The position numbers and the translations under genes were made by a program. A stretch of DNA of 62,604 bases from IMG/VR virus record IMGVR_UViG_3300003690_000007, positions 1 to 62,604 of that record. One strand, 5' to 3'. The notes under the pieces were generated by a model. The model ran no database searches. It saw only the letters and a list, made by a program, of their open reading frames with translations, and was not told where the DNA came from. Source of the DNA: a virus. Positions 16,630 through 24,775 of this stretch are shown here, piece after piece. Every line of letters begins with the position of its first letter. Position 1 is the first letter of the stretch.

Positions 16630-18441
16630 CTATGGGAATTGTTGATTGCCCGGTGCTGGTTGATGTAGATCGGGTCGGAACCCCATATTCGGGTCTGTTG
16701 GATCTATAACCGCACCTTGCTGGAACTGTCTGAGTAAAGCCCGGTACTCAGTGCTGGACTTCTTCTTGTCGTCGATGGCGATGTCTAGGAACTTGCTGAG
16801 ATACTCCGTGATGATCTTGAGAGGTTGAACAATAACATTTGCTAGCGTGAGCAGTCCCGTGCTGAGAAGGTTCTTGATGTTGTTGGAGAGTTGCTGGATC
16901 GGTTGCGTGTTTTCCCGCAATTCCATCAACTCGTCGGTCATCATCTGAAATGACGCCTCCGTCCCGCGAGCCTGTTGCAAATTCAACAGGATGGCCTGAC
17001 GTTCTAGGTCTCCGAACGCGGCGGCGATCCGACCGCTGTAATTCTTGAGGTGTTCCTGTGACGCTGCGAGAGACTCAGCCCATTTCTTTGAAATAATCGG
17101 CAGCATCACCGCAAACGTGATGATGTCTCTAGTAGCGTTCTTCATTTCCCCGCCGAGTTTTGCGAGCGATGAATTGGCGCGCAGTCTCGTGCGCTCCTCG
17201 TCTTCGCCAAGTTCGATCGACTCGAACTGCTGCTCCTTCTTCTTGCGATTCAGTTCCTCGAACTCGGTGGATGTTGCCAAGGGCGGACGTTCATCGGGAG
17301 CGAGTCCGGGCATCGATTCAATTTTCGATTCCCGTTGCTCGGTGGTTAGCGTCGGGGCTTCGCCGGGTCCAAGCATCCGATCCATGAAGCCCGGCTTCTG
17401 CTGCTTGATGCGTGCCCGCTGTTCCTTGCCAGCCCTCAGTGACGCCATCATGCGTTGAATCAGACCTTGCGGTGGAGCCGGGGCTGGCGGGGGCTTTGGC
17501 TCGACCTTGGGGCCACCTGTCGGAGCCGGGGCTGATGGGCGCGCGGCGGGGGCAACTGTCGGCTTCGGGGCTGATGGGATCAGCGGAGGCAGCGGAGGCA
17601 GCGGAGGCAGCGGAGGCAGCGGGGGCTGAACACCGGGGCCGGGGGTCGGCGTCGTGTCCATCCTCTCGGCTTGCATCACGGCGGCGTCTGCGGCCTCGTC
17701 AATTCGCCTTCCGGCTTCCACTGTCGGAGCCGGGTATCGATGCGCCGTTGGCTCCGTTACCTCTGGACGCTTGAGGGCATAACCCGCTCTGCCGGGATCA
17801 ATAACTCGTTCTGTCCGAGTGGCCCGAACACCTGTGGGCCTGCGGGCTGCACTGCCCATCGGAAGTCTGGGAATCGCCTGCGAAGGTCGCGCAGCAGCAG
17901 CGGCCCCGCCAAAGCCTCGATGCTCCATCCCCGTCGCAAGGTACATCTCCTCGCCGCCACGGTTCTTCTCGCTAGAAACACCGCTGCGTGCCCCAGCGGC
18001 AGCGCCCGATAATCGACCCATCTCCATCGTGATCGTTTGCGAGACGGTGTCTTCAAGACCCTGCTTGGCCTTGGACATCATTCGTTGCCAGAATGCGCCC
18101 GCTTGTGATCCCGCACTCTCCTGCCCTGCTGCGGCCGCTGCACCACGGGATGCTGCTCCTCTGGTCGCAACGGCTGCCGGTGCTGCTCTTGTTGCGCCGG
18201 TCGATCCGGCTGCTCCTGCCGCTCGACCCCCTGCGCCACCACGCGCCGCACGAGTGAGCTTTCCACCCCTCGAGGCAAGTCGGCCACCGGCCCTCGCCGT
18301 GCCGCGAGCGGCGGCGCGCGCCCCCCCGCGCGAGACCGCGCGCCCGCCAGCCTGCGCGGCGGCTCGGGATGCGACCCGACTGCCACCTCTCGCAGCGAAC
18401 TTAGCTGCGAATTGAGCGAGCAGTCTTCCGATCGACCCCAT
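16630..18441 (-). CDS. tape measure protein (603 aa)
   Basis: Follows the frameshifted chaperone pair. Has an Ala/Arg/Gly-rich N-terminus, a PPLPPLPPLPPLPPL run and a long helical C-terminal half. Confidence 0.6.
   Translation of the reverse strand: MGSIGRLLAQFAAKFAARGGSRVASRAAAQAGGRAVSRGGARAAARGTARAGGRLASRGGKLTRAARGGAGGRAAGAAGSTGATRAAPAAVATRGAASRGAAAAAGQESAGSQAGAFWQRMMSKAKQGLEDTVSQTITMEMGRLSGAAAGARSGVSSEKNRGGEEMYLATGMEHRGFGGAAAAARPSQAIPRLPMGSAARRPTGVRATRTERVIDPGRAGYALKRPEVTEPTAHRYPAPTVEAGRRIDEAADAAVMQAERMDTTPTPGPGVQPPLPPLPPLPPLPPLIPSAPKPTVAPAARPSAPAPTGGPKVEPKPPPAPAPPQGLIQRMMASLRAGKEQRARIKQQKPGFMDRMLGPGEAPTLTTEQRESKIESMPGLAPDERPPLATSTEFEELNRKKKEQQFESIELGEDEERTRLRANSSLAKLGGEMKNATRDIITFAVMLPIISKKWAESLAASQEHLKNYSGRIAAAFGDLERQAILLNLQQARGTEASFQMMTDELMELRENTQPIQQLSNNIKNLLSTGLLTLANVIVQPLKIITEYLSKFLDIAIDDKKKSSTEYRALLRQFQQGAVIDPTDPNMGFRPDLHQPAPGNQQFP
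17581..17625. repeat. 9-bp tandem repeat x5 (cagcggagg) inside the tape measure gene
   Basis: Encodes (PPL)n on the minus strand. Confidence 0.9.
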
Positions 18442-18443
18442 TA

Positions 18444-18773
18444 TCAGAGTCCTTCCCTGTTGTCGAACGGGTGCGGAAATCCATTCCCGCGTGTCTGCTG
18501 CATTCTCTGCCGAGCTTCCGCCGACTGAAACTCTGCATCACCACTCAGGTCGTTTTCGGCGAATGCAGCGTACCATTCCTTACTCAATTTCCCGTCAGAG
18601 AGGACTCCGTTGATGGCGATGAGGATTCCACGAGCGTTTCTGACGGCGGCTCGGTTGGTGTTGAGCCAGAGTCCAATGAAGCACTCGTAGGGAATTCGCC
18701 CGTCGAAGAAGTGGGAGAGGGCTGCGGCACCATATGCTCCGGCGAAATCGGCGTGGGGTTGCCATTTTTTTTT
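18444..18773 (-). CDS. -1 frame extension of the tail assembly chaperone (GT-like product, about 225 aa after a shift at the A9 tract)
   Basis: The -1 frame is open from the A9 tract to TGA 18444-18446. It reads as ordinary protein (ADFAGAYGAAALSHFFDGRIPYECFIGLWLNTNRAAVRNARGILIAINGVLSDGKLSKEWYAAFAEND...) and ends 2 nt before the tape measure ATG. Confidence 0.5.
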   Translation of the reverse strand, partial: KKKWQPHADFAGAYGAAALSHFFDGRIPYECFIGLWLNTNRAAVRNARGILIAINGVLSDGKLSKEWYAAFAENDLSGDAEFQSAEARQRMQQTRGNGFPHPFDNREGL

Positions 18774-19120
18774 ACACCAACAAGGAACTCCACAAACGAT
18801 ACCAGCAAGGCAATCGTTTCCGCCTCGGTCAGTCCCCGGCTTTTATTCGACCACGCACGGATTCCGAATACATCGCGGATTGCCCGAATGGTGACCTCGG
18901 ATGCCGCAATCGCGATGTTCCTCTGACCGGCGTTGTCGGAGTCCATCTGGTCGATCAGCGTCGGGTGAAGCTCCCAGTCGAATTCCGGGTGGGCGAGCAT
19001 CGCGCGGTATGCGCGCAGCGGGTCGACACCTCGCACCTTGTGGCCGTCCCAGAACCGGAAGATGTCTCGGTTTGCTTCACGCCGCGAGAACCACCGGCTT
19101 GCCGATGCCAGCCATCCCAT
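18584..19120 (-). CDS. tail assembly chaperone, frame-0 (G-like) product (178 aa)
   Basis: Lies between the tube-like gene and the tape measure. Downstream of the A9 tract, frame 0 becomes an S/T/P-rich low-complexity sequence. Confidence 0.55.
   Translation of the reverse strand: MGWLASASRWFSRREANRDIFRFWDGHKVRGVDPLRAYRAMLAHPEFDWELHPTLIDQMDSDNAGQRNIAIAASEVTIRAIRDVFGIRAWSNKSRGLTEAETIALLVSFVEFLVGVKKNGNPTPISPEHMVPQPSPTSSTGEFPTSASLDSGSTPTEPPSETLVESSSPSTESSLTGN
18765..18773 (-). other. A9 slippery tract (GGT GTA AAA AAA AAT in frame 0)
   Basis: A run of 9 T on the plus strand, equal to the A AAA AAA heptamer in the chaperone frame. Confidence 0.6.
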
Positions 19121-19138
19121 GTCTTACCCCGATCAGTT

Positions 19139-19681
19139 CTAGGCGTGTGTCGCGAGTCCGGAGACATCCTCGTTGAACAGGATGCCGTCGCTCTGGTGAC
19201 ACTCGAATTCAAACATGAGTCTAGCGAACTTTGTCCCCTTGTTGAACTCAACAGGGGATCGGGGTACGGCGAACAGGAAGTTGATCGATCCGGTGAGAGG
19301 CGCGTCCACGCCGAGTGTCTCAGCCTTCAGGTGCAACCTAAAGCCCTTGCTGTTCGCGGACAACAGCGTGCCGACGGTGTGAGTTGTGGCAGCATTCTGG
19401 TAGTCCCCACCTTGGAACCGGGACAGCAGCACCGACGCGACGAGCTTGTCCCATGACGACAGTTCGAGGCGCACACGGGCGGTCTGGCCGAAATACTGGA
19501 TGTCGATCGGTGGTCCTTCATCCCCGCCGTTCTGGTCGCCGGGAACGTCTGACATCAACACGTCGTGCGTGATGTCTGCACCGTTGATGGTGTATCCGAG
19601 AATCTCCATCGCGCCGGGCGTGCCGGATCCGGTACTAACCTGTATTTGTACCGCGCCGGGAACATGAATGGCGTGCGCCAT
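19139..19681 (-). CDS. major tail tube-like protein (180 aa)
   Basis: Size and position immediately upstream of the chaperone/tape-measure pair. Confidence 0.5.
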   Translation of the reverse strand: MAHAIHVPGAVQIQVSTGSGTPGAMEILGYTINGADITHDVLMSDVPGDQNGGDEGPPIDIQYFGQTARVRLELSSWDKLVASVLLSRFQGGDYQNAATTHTVGTLLSANSKGFRLHLKAETLGVDAPLTGSINFLFAVPRSPVEFNKGTKFARLMFEFECHQSDGILFNEDVSGLATHA

Positions 19682-19698
19682 GTGTTACTCTCCTTGTG

Positions 19699-20205
19699 TT
19701 ACCTATTACCCGGCAATCGTCTGCCCGGATAATAATGCCTCACTCGGTCTCGCATCAGGTTGAGATGAGTCTGAAAACGTATCAGCGTCGGCCCATCGAC
19801 CGTCGGGTTTCCCGCGTTTCGGTTGCCAACGATGTTGAGTACGTTCTGTCCGTTGCGCAGACGCTCGAGGTGGGACTCGGCCAAGTCCTGTTGCGCACTC
19901 ATCCGATCGGGGTCGAATCCCGGTCGCCGTGCCAGCAGGAACGCCATCGCGATGTCGCAGGTGATCCTCTCCAGAAAATTTGCGCTGTTTCCGGTCAGTG
20001 ATTCCAGATCGGATGGCTCGTACCGGTTGCCCACCAGTAGTGCCCCTTCTATCGACCCGGACGCATCCTCCAGCGCAGTCGTCACCATCGGGTGCGTCAC
20101 AAGGTCGATCGGCGAGGCTTGGTCGTCGGTATCGCTCACTAGGTCGCCAAGATCGCGAGCATCGTACCGCTCCAACAACTGCGCGGACGTGGCATACGTC
20201 GCCAT
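19699..20205 (-). CDS. head-tail connector, Mu gp36/DUF1320-like (168 aa)
   Basis: MATYATSAQLLERYDARDLGDLVSD matches the recalled DUF1320 N-terminal pattern. It directly follows the capsid gene. Confidence 0.55.
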   Translation of the reverse strand: MATYATSAQLLERYDARDLGDLVSDTDDQASPIDLVTHPMVTTALEDASGSIEGALLVGNRYEPSDLESLTGNSANFLERITCDIAMAFLLARRPGFDPDRMSAQQDLAESHLERLRNGQNVLNIVGNRNAGNPTVDGPTLIRFQTHLNLMRDRVRHYYPGRRLPGNR

Positions 20206-20217
20206 CCGGTACGACTC

Positions 20218-21264
20218 CTATGCGAGTGTATCGGTGAACAGGAATCCCGAGACCGGCGCGGTCATCACCACGTCGTAATTCTCGACCACCCGCAGAAGAG
20301 TCCGTCGATCCTTCTCGTCACGCAGAGTTTCAACCGTCATTTCCTCGTGCATGAAAACGGTGCAGGTGGCGAAGCTCGGACTTCCAAACACCCCGATCAA
20401 CCCGCCGGGTCGGGCCGTCATGAACGCCTTGTCGTCGGAGAGAACGAACGCGCGACTGACCGAGGCGGCACCCTTGCGGCTGCTGACCTTGACGGTCTTC
20501 TCGATCACGACCGGGAAGCCGTACAGCTTGTCGGGCAACCCGTAGATCGCGTTGTTGCCGGGAAGCTCGCCGCGAATCTGAGCGAGCGCGTCGGGCGACC
20601 CCTTGATGTGTTCAACGATTTCCGCTGTCGCCGAGAGTTCCTTGGCGAGACCGGGACTCATCACCAACACCAGATCGTTGATGTCGATCCCGGCGAGCGT
20701 GTCCTTCAGGATCACGTTCGCCGCGTAATTCAACGACTGCTTGATGGCCTGATTGCCCACTGTCGCAGCGTCCCAGTACGCATTGCCGACATCGGCATGG
20801 TTGACGGCCATCGCGTGGGTGGAATCGTAGTTCGACGCCGTGGTCAGCACGGTGATCGCCTTGACAGTCCTGCCGGTCATGGCCTGCTGCGCCTTCTTGG
20901 CGGAGTACTCCTGACGAATGTCCCACGACGCCTGATCGATCGTCAGGTCACCGAGAGTCACCGGGAAGGCGAACCGCTCACAGCGGAATTCCTTCCACTC
21001 GTGCGATTCCGTCCCCTCGAATCCCTCGGGGGCGGCGGCACCGTCGGCCCACGAGAAGTTCGACAGGTCGGTGTTGAGAATCCGCCCGGCTTCTTCGAGC
21101 GTGACCTCCCGGTAGTATCCGGCCACCTTGTCGGCGGGCTGGATCTGGGCATAACTGTTGATCGCGAAATCCTTCACGTTCCTCGAGAAGTCAACAGTCA
21201 TCTTGCCGCTCGATTCGTGATCCTTCACGAACACGTTTTGATGACTTGGGTATTGGGCGACCAT
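20218..21264 (-). CDS. major capsid protein (348 aa)
   Basis: Size and position after the scaffold and decoration genes and before the connector. The upstream leader has SD gaaggag. Confidence 0.7.
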   Translation of the reverse strand: MVAQYPSHQNVFVKDHESSGKMTVDFSRNVKDFAINSYAQIQPADKVAGYYREVTLEEAGRILNTDLSNFSWADGAAAPEGFEGTESHEWKEFRCERFAFPVTLGDLTIDQASWDIRQEYSAKKAQQAMTGRTVKAITVLTTASNYDSTHAMAVNHADVGNAYWDAATVGNQAIKQSLNYAANVILKDTLAGIDINDLVLVMSPGLAKELSATAEIVEHIKGSPDALAQIRGELPGNNAIYGLPDKLYGFPVVIEKTVKVSSRKGAASVSRAFVLSDDKAFMTARPGGLIGVFGSPSFATCTVFMHEEMTVETLRDEKDRRTLLRVVENYDVVMTAPVSGFLFTDTLA

Positions 21265-21329
21265 GCCGGTTACTCCTTCTGTTTGTAGGTAGTCTGACTT
21301 CTGTCAGTCGAGGGCGTACACCAGAGAGA

Positions 21330-21719
21330 TCAGATTCCGCTTCCAAGTACGACCTGAACGAGAACGAGTTCACCGGCAACCCCCGCTTCGAGAGCGATCG
21401 CGCCGTGGTACTTTCCAGCGGTGACCGCAATCCCGTCACCGTCGGAGTCCGACATGAGCAACTGACCAGCCGTGACCGTGGCACCCGCTCGCAGCAGGCA
21501 TTCCTCGGCGAGACTGAAGACGTTCAACTGCTCACCAGACTGGGCAGCTTCCACCGGATCCGCGATCACGTCGGGGATCGGGGGAGTCCGTCCACCAGCT
21601 TGTGAGATTCCGATCGGCATCGCATCGCCGGTCGTGGCTTCCTGAACCGTGCTGTTGCCACTGATGTTGACGAAGCGGCTGACCCGGATCGTCCCACCTG
21701 ATTTGTAGATTTTTGGCAT
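21330..21719 (-). CDS. head decoration protein, DUF2190-like (129 aa)
   Basis: Size, Gly/Ala-rich beta-type sequence ending GELVLVQVVLGSG, and position before the capsid gene. Confidence 0.5.
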   Translation of the reverse strand: MPKIYKSGGTIRVSRFVNISGNSTVQEATTGDAMPIGISQAGGRTPPIPDVIADPVEAAQSGEQLNVFSLAEECLLRAGATVTAGQLLMSDSDGDGIAVTAGKYHGAIALEAGVAGELVLVQVVLGSGI

Positions 21720-21764
21720 CTGAGCCTACTCCAATTTCGTGTTCTCGTTGTCGGGTGACGATCG

Positions 21765-23003
21765 TTACCCCGCGCGGACAGCCTCGAGGGCTTCGACGTA
21801 GGTGATGGTGTTGCCCTTGTCGCGCTCCCTCATGCAGTGGGCGACGGCCGCGTCGGCAGTGTCCTTCGCGTACCGATCCGACTGAACCGTGTCAGCACTG
21901 AGGTCCGGTGTGAACAGTTGCGGAGTCCGCTCGGCCAGCGGGATGCGAGAGTAGTTCTCGGCGATCACGTCGAGATGATCCTCGAACTGCGGCGAAGACA
22001 TCATCGAGCATCTCTCGGATTCCTTCGCCAGATCGAGGACGTACTCGAACGAGAGTTGCTGGATTTTCGCGTACCGCTGGGCAGCGACCTTCTCGATTTC
22101 GATTCCGTCGAGTCGGGACTTCAGCTTGTTGTGAGCGTTCGCCAACCGAGAATATCGGGTTCGCTCGCTTCGCAAACTGCTGCGCAGCTTGGAGAACTTC
22201 ATCAGGCCGGGGTCGGCGACATCGGAGTCCTTGGTTGCTTCACCGAGGTTGTCTGCGGACACCGACGCTTCTTCGAGTGCTTGGTAGAGGCGAGCCTGAT
22301 ACTCCTCGGATTCCTCGTCTTCCTCGTCCTCGTCCTCGTCCTCGAGGTCGATGTCGATCTGGACGCTGTCATCGTCGTCGGCGTTGTATTCGTCGGCGAG
22401 TTCCTCGTCCTCCTCGTCCATATCAACGTCGATCTGGACTTCATCATCATCGTCGTGATCGGCTTGGAACAGGACTTTCCCAGCAAGACCATGAGCGGCC
22501 CCGGCGACTTTCCCTCCCCCACCAATGAGTCCGTACCGTCGTTTTCTGTTGTGTCTTCGCATTTGTTCCTGTTCCTGTTCAGGCGGTGGTTCGGCTGGCG
22601 CGAATGGCGCGGGGATCTGTGCTTCCGGGGCCGGGGTGGCGACCGGCGCGCCTCCGGGGACCGGAGGTGGTGCAGCACCATCCGGGGCGGCGGGGAAAGG
22701 CGACACCGGCGCACCCTCTTGTGGCGGCGGTTCCAACTCGGCGAGATCCGGCTGCGGCACGGTGGGCTGTGGCTCGCTGTTCATCTGGTTCTTGACCCAT
22801 TCGACCCAATCGAGTTGCTCGACGGCATCAACGATGGCCTGTACGTCTTCGGGGCTGAGAGCCATGTTGGTCGCTCCTCCATTGCCGTTCCCGTCGGCTT
22901 GGTTTTTATCTGGTTTCTGGGCTAGTTTCGATCCGATGTAGGTTGCACCGCCTGCCAGCGCTGCTCCGGCGAGGGGACCGAGGTATCTGTCTTGTTCAGT
23001 CAT
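21765..23003 (-). CDS. scaffolding protein (412 aa)
   Basis: Pro/Ala-rich region, long acidic runs (DDDDEVQIDVDMDEEDEE..., DEDEDEEDEE) and a helical C-terminus; immediately upstream of the decoration and capsid genes. Confidence 0.55.
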   Translation of the reverse strand: MTEQDRYLGPLAGAALAGGATYIGSKLAQKPDKNQADGNGNGGATNMALSPEDVQAIVDAVEQLDWVEWVKNQMNSEPQPTVPQPDLAELEPPPQEGAPVSPFPAAPDGAAPPPVPGGAPVATPAPEAQIPAPFAPAEPPPEQEQEQMRRHNRKRRYGLIGGGGKVAGAAHGLAGKVLFQADHDDDDEVQIDVDMDEEDEELADEYNADDDDSVQIDIDLEDEDEDEEDEESEEYQARLYQALEEASVSADNLGEATKDSDVADPGLMKFSKLRSSLRSERTRYSRLANAHNKLKSRLDGIEIEKVAAQRYAKIQQLSFEYVLDLAKESERCSMMSSPQFEDHLDVIAENYSRIPLAERTPQLFTPDLSADTVQSDRYAKDTADAAVAHCMRERDKGNTITYVEALEAVRAG

Positions 23004-23008
23004 TGGGG

Positions 23009-24259
23009 TTATCTCACGAGTGATCCAAGTTTTCGTGCCGCCCCGGAGACCTTCTTGACCCCCGACCGGGCTAGCGCCTTGCCAGCACCCACGGCGGCGC
23101 GCCCGGCGTGCTGACCAGCCCTCTGCGCCGCCGCGCCTGCTACGTCAGTTGCAGCTTTCTTGAATCCTGTCGCAGCTTTCTTGACTCCTTCGGAGGCGTA
23201 GTCCTCGGAATGCTCGTGGTCTTCACCGCAGTCGTACTTGCGAGGTCCAAGCTCTAGGTCTTTTCTGACCTCGGCGATTGACTGGGGAACCAAAGCCGTC
23301 GGCACACCCTGAGACGACAGCAGTCTTCCCAGACCCGCATCGCTCGGGTGCTTGTTGGGCAGATGCCGCCTGACCCAATCAGACACGTTGAGAACTCCGA
23401 TCGCCGAACCTTCGGAGATGTCCGCCCCAGCTTCGTATGAGGTTCTGAATCGTCCTTGTCCGGGGCAGGGTGGGCAGGACTTGAGTGCCGAACCAGCAAG
23501 TGCCCCGAGTCCGGCGGCTACCCAAGGGTTGACGCCGTACTTCTTTTTCTTGTTCAGGTCGTCGCTCTTGGGACTGACCGTCATCGCGCCGGGGAAGGTC
23601 GCCGTGTATTTCTCGACCACCTGTCCATCGAATCGTCTGGCGAACCGCGTCATGCCCATGTCAAGCCGGGGTGTTTCAGCACCGAGCGCGGCGATCGGAT
23701 CGAAGAACCGATCTTCCATGCGCTCTTCCAGCCAGACCTCGGGTGACCGCCGCCTGAGCTTTCGCAGGCGATCGGCATCTTCGCGATGCCACCACTCGTC
23801 CGTGAAGATCGCCCAGCGCGGCGTCTTGTTTCCGATCTTCCCTAGACGGTATGGGCCGGAGTACCCGAGAACGTCGGGCATCGCGGCACCAGCAGCCGCT
23901 TGTGCTTTGTCCGGCGTGTGCCCGTCGGTGATGGGTGAGAAGTCTCCGGTATCGTGGATGCGATCGTTGCAGCGTTGCGCGATCGCAGCCAGTGCATTGC
24001 GGTCGTAGACCACCACGTCGCCGTCTCGATCTCTGGTCGTATGCTCGGCAAAGATCGGAACGTCACGGACCCGCATAAACTGGTCGTTCGAGAATCTCTG
24101 GATCGCCTTGCGTTCGATCGGCGTCTCGCCTCGAACAGATCGCCACTGCTGGAAACACTGCGCTTGCTTGTCGTCGGTTTCCATCCCGGTCCCGAGGTCA
24201 GCATGGCACCGTTCGGTGAAACTGACCTCGGTTTCGTTTGGCAACGGGTTTGTCATCAT
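23009..24259 (-). CDS. putative prohead protease / head maturation protein (416 aa)
   Basis: Occupies the position of Mu gpI (between the portal block and the scaffold). There is no clear catalytic motif, and the start codon has no SD. Confidence 0.35.
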   Translation of the reverse strand: MMTNPLPNETEVSFTERCHADLGTGMETDDKQAQCFQQWRSVRGETPIERKAIQRFSNDQFMRVRDVPIFAEHTTRDRDGDVVVYDRNALAAIAQRCNDRIHDTGDFSPITDGHTPDKAQAAAGAAMPDVLGYSGPYRLGKIGNKTPRWAIFTDEWWHREDADRLRKLRRRSPEVWLEERMEDRFFDPIAALGAETPRLDMGMTRFARRFDGQVVEKYTATFPGAMTVSPKSDDLNKKKKYGVNPWVAAGLGALAGSALKSCPPCPGQGRFRTSYEAGADISEGSAIGVLNVSDWVRRHLPNKHPSDAGLGRLLSSQGVPTALVPQSIAEVRKDLELGPRKYDCGEDHEHSEDYASEGVKKAATGFKKAATDVAGAAAQRAGQHAGRAAVGAGKALARSGVKKVSGAARKLGSLVR

Positions 24260-24265
24260 GGCAAT

Positions 24266-24303
24266 AAAAAAAGCCCGCAGCCCCCCGGCGAGGGGATGCG
24301 GGC
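24266..24303 (-). terminator. intrinsic terminator-like hairpin with U7 tract
   Basis: Minus strand: GCCCGCAtCCCCtcgccGGGGggcTGCGGGC followed by TTTTTTT. The T tract ends 6 nt before ATG 24259. Confidence 0.65.
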
Positions 24304-24326
24304 GCGGTTGTTCCGTGGACCCGATT

Positions 24327-24551
24327 CTAGTGTCGAATTGTCTGCTTCAGGTCGGCGTTGATGCCGATGATGAAGTTGTCTCTAAGTAGGATAGTAACTT
24401 CGACATGACCGTGGAAGCCCTTTTTCACGATTGCGTCGTCGAGCAGCGCATCCAGTTGCAGATGCGCCCTCTCTCGCCACCTCCGGTTTCGATCACCCTT
24501 GGTTGACGACGAGGCATTTTTGTTGTCCACCTGTGTTGCTGTCAAGGTCAT
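24327..24551 (-). CDS. hypothetical protein (74 aa)
   Basis: 4-nt overlap with the upstream gene. Confidence 0.55.
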   Translation of the reverse strand: MTLTATQVDNKNASSSTKGDRNRRWRERAHLQLDALLDDAIVKKGFHGHVEVTILLRDNFIIGINADLKQTIRH

Positions 24552-24775
24552 CTGTTGTCGAGGGGGATGATCGGATCGACGCCGAATAGCTCACCGGCTT
24601 TCAGCAGCGCCGCACGCCCCACGCCTCCCTGCCACTCGCGTTCCTCGACCGGGATCACCTTGTTCAATGCCTCGGCGAAATCCGGGTCATCGTCGCAAAC
24701 CCACTCCTGCTCGTCGCCGTCCACGGCGATGCGACCGATGCCGTCGAGGTTGATCCATCCGATTGCTGGCATCAC
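24548..24775 (-). CDS. hypothetical protein (75 aa)
   Basis: 4-nt overlap with the upstream gene. Confidence 0.6.
   Translation of the reverse strand: MMPAIGWINLDGIGRIAVDGDEQEWVCDDDPDFAEALNKVIPVEEREWQGGVGRAALLKAGELFGVDPIIPLDNR

Noticed and set aside
20347-21288. 313-aa plus-strand ORF opposite the major capsid gene. Similar cases are 21837..22925, 15484..16290, 7335..7997, 1127..1894 and 1932..2921.
   Set aside because: These are shadow ORFs typical of GC-rich DNA. They are Arg/Pro/Gly/His-rich with no SD. They are fully antisense to better-supported, tightly packed genes with recognisable motifs.
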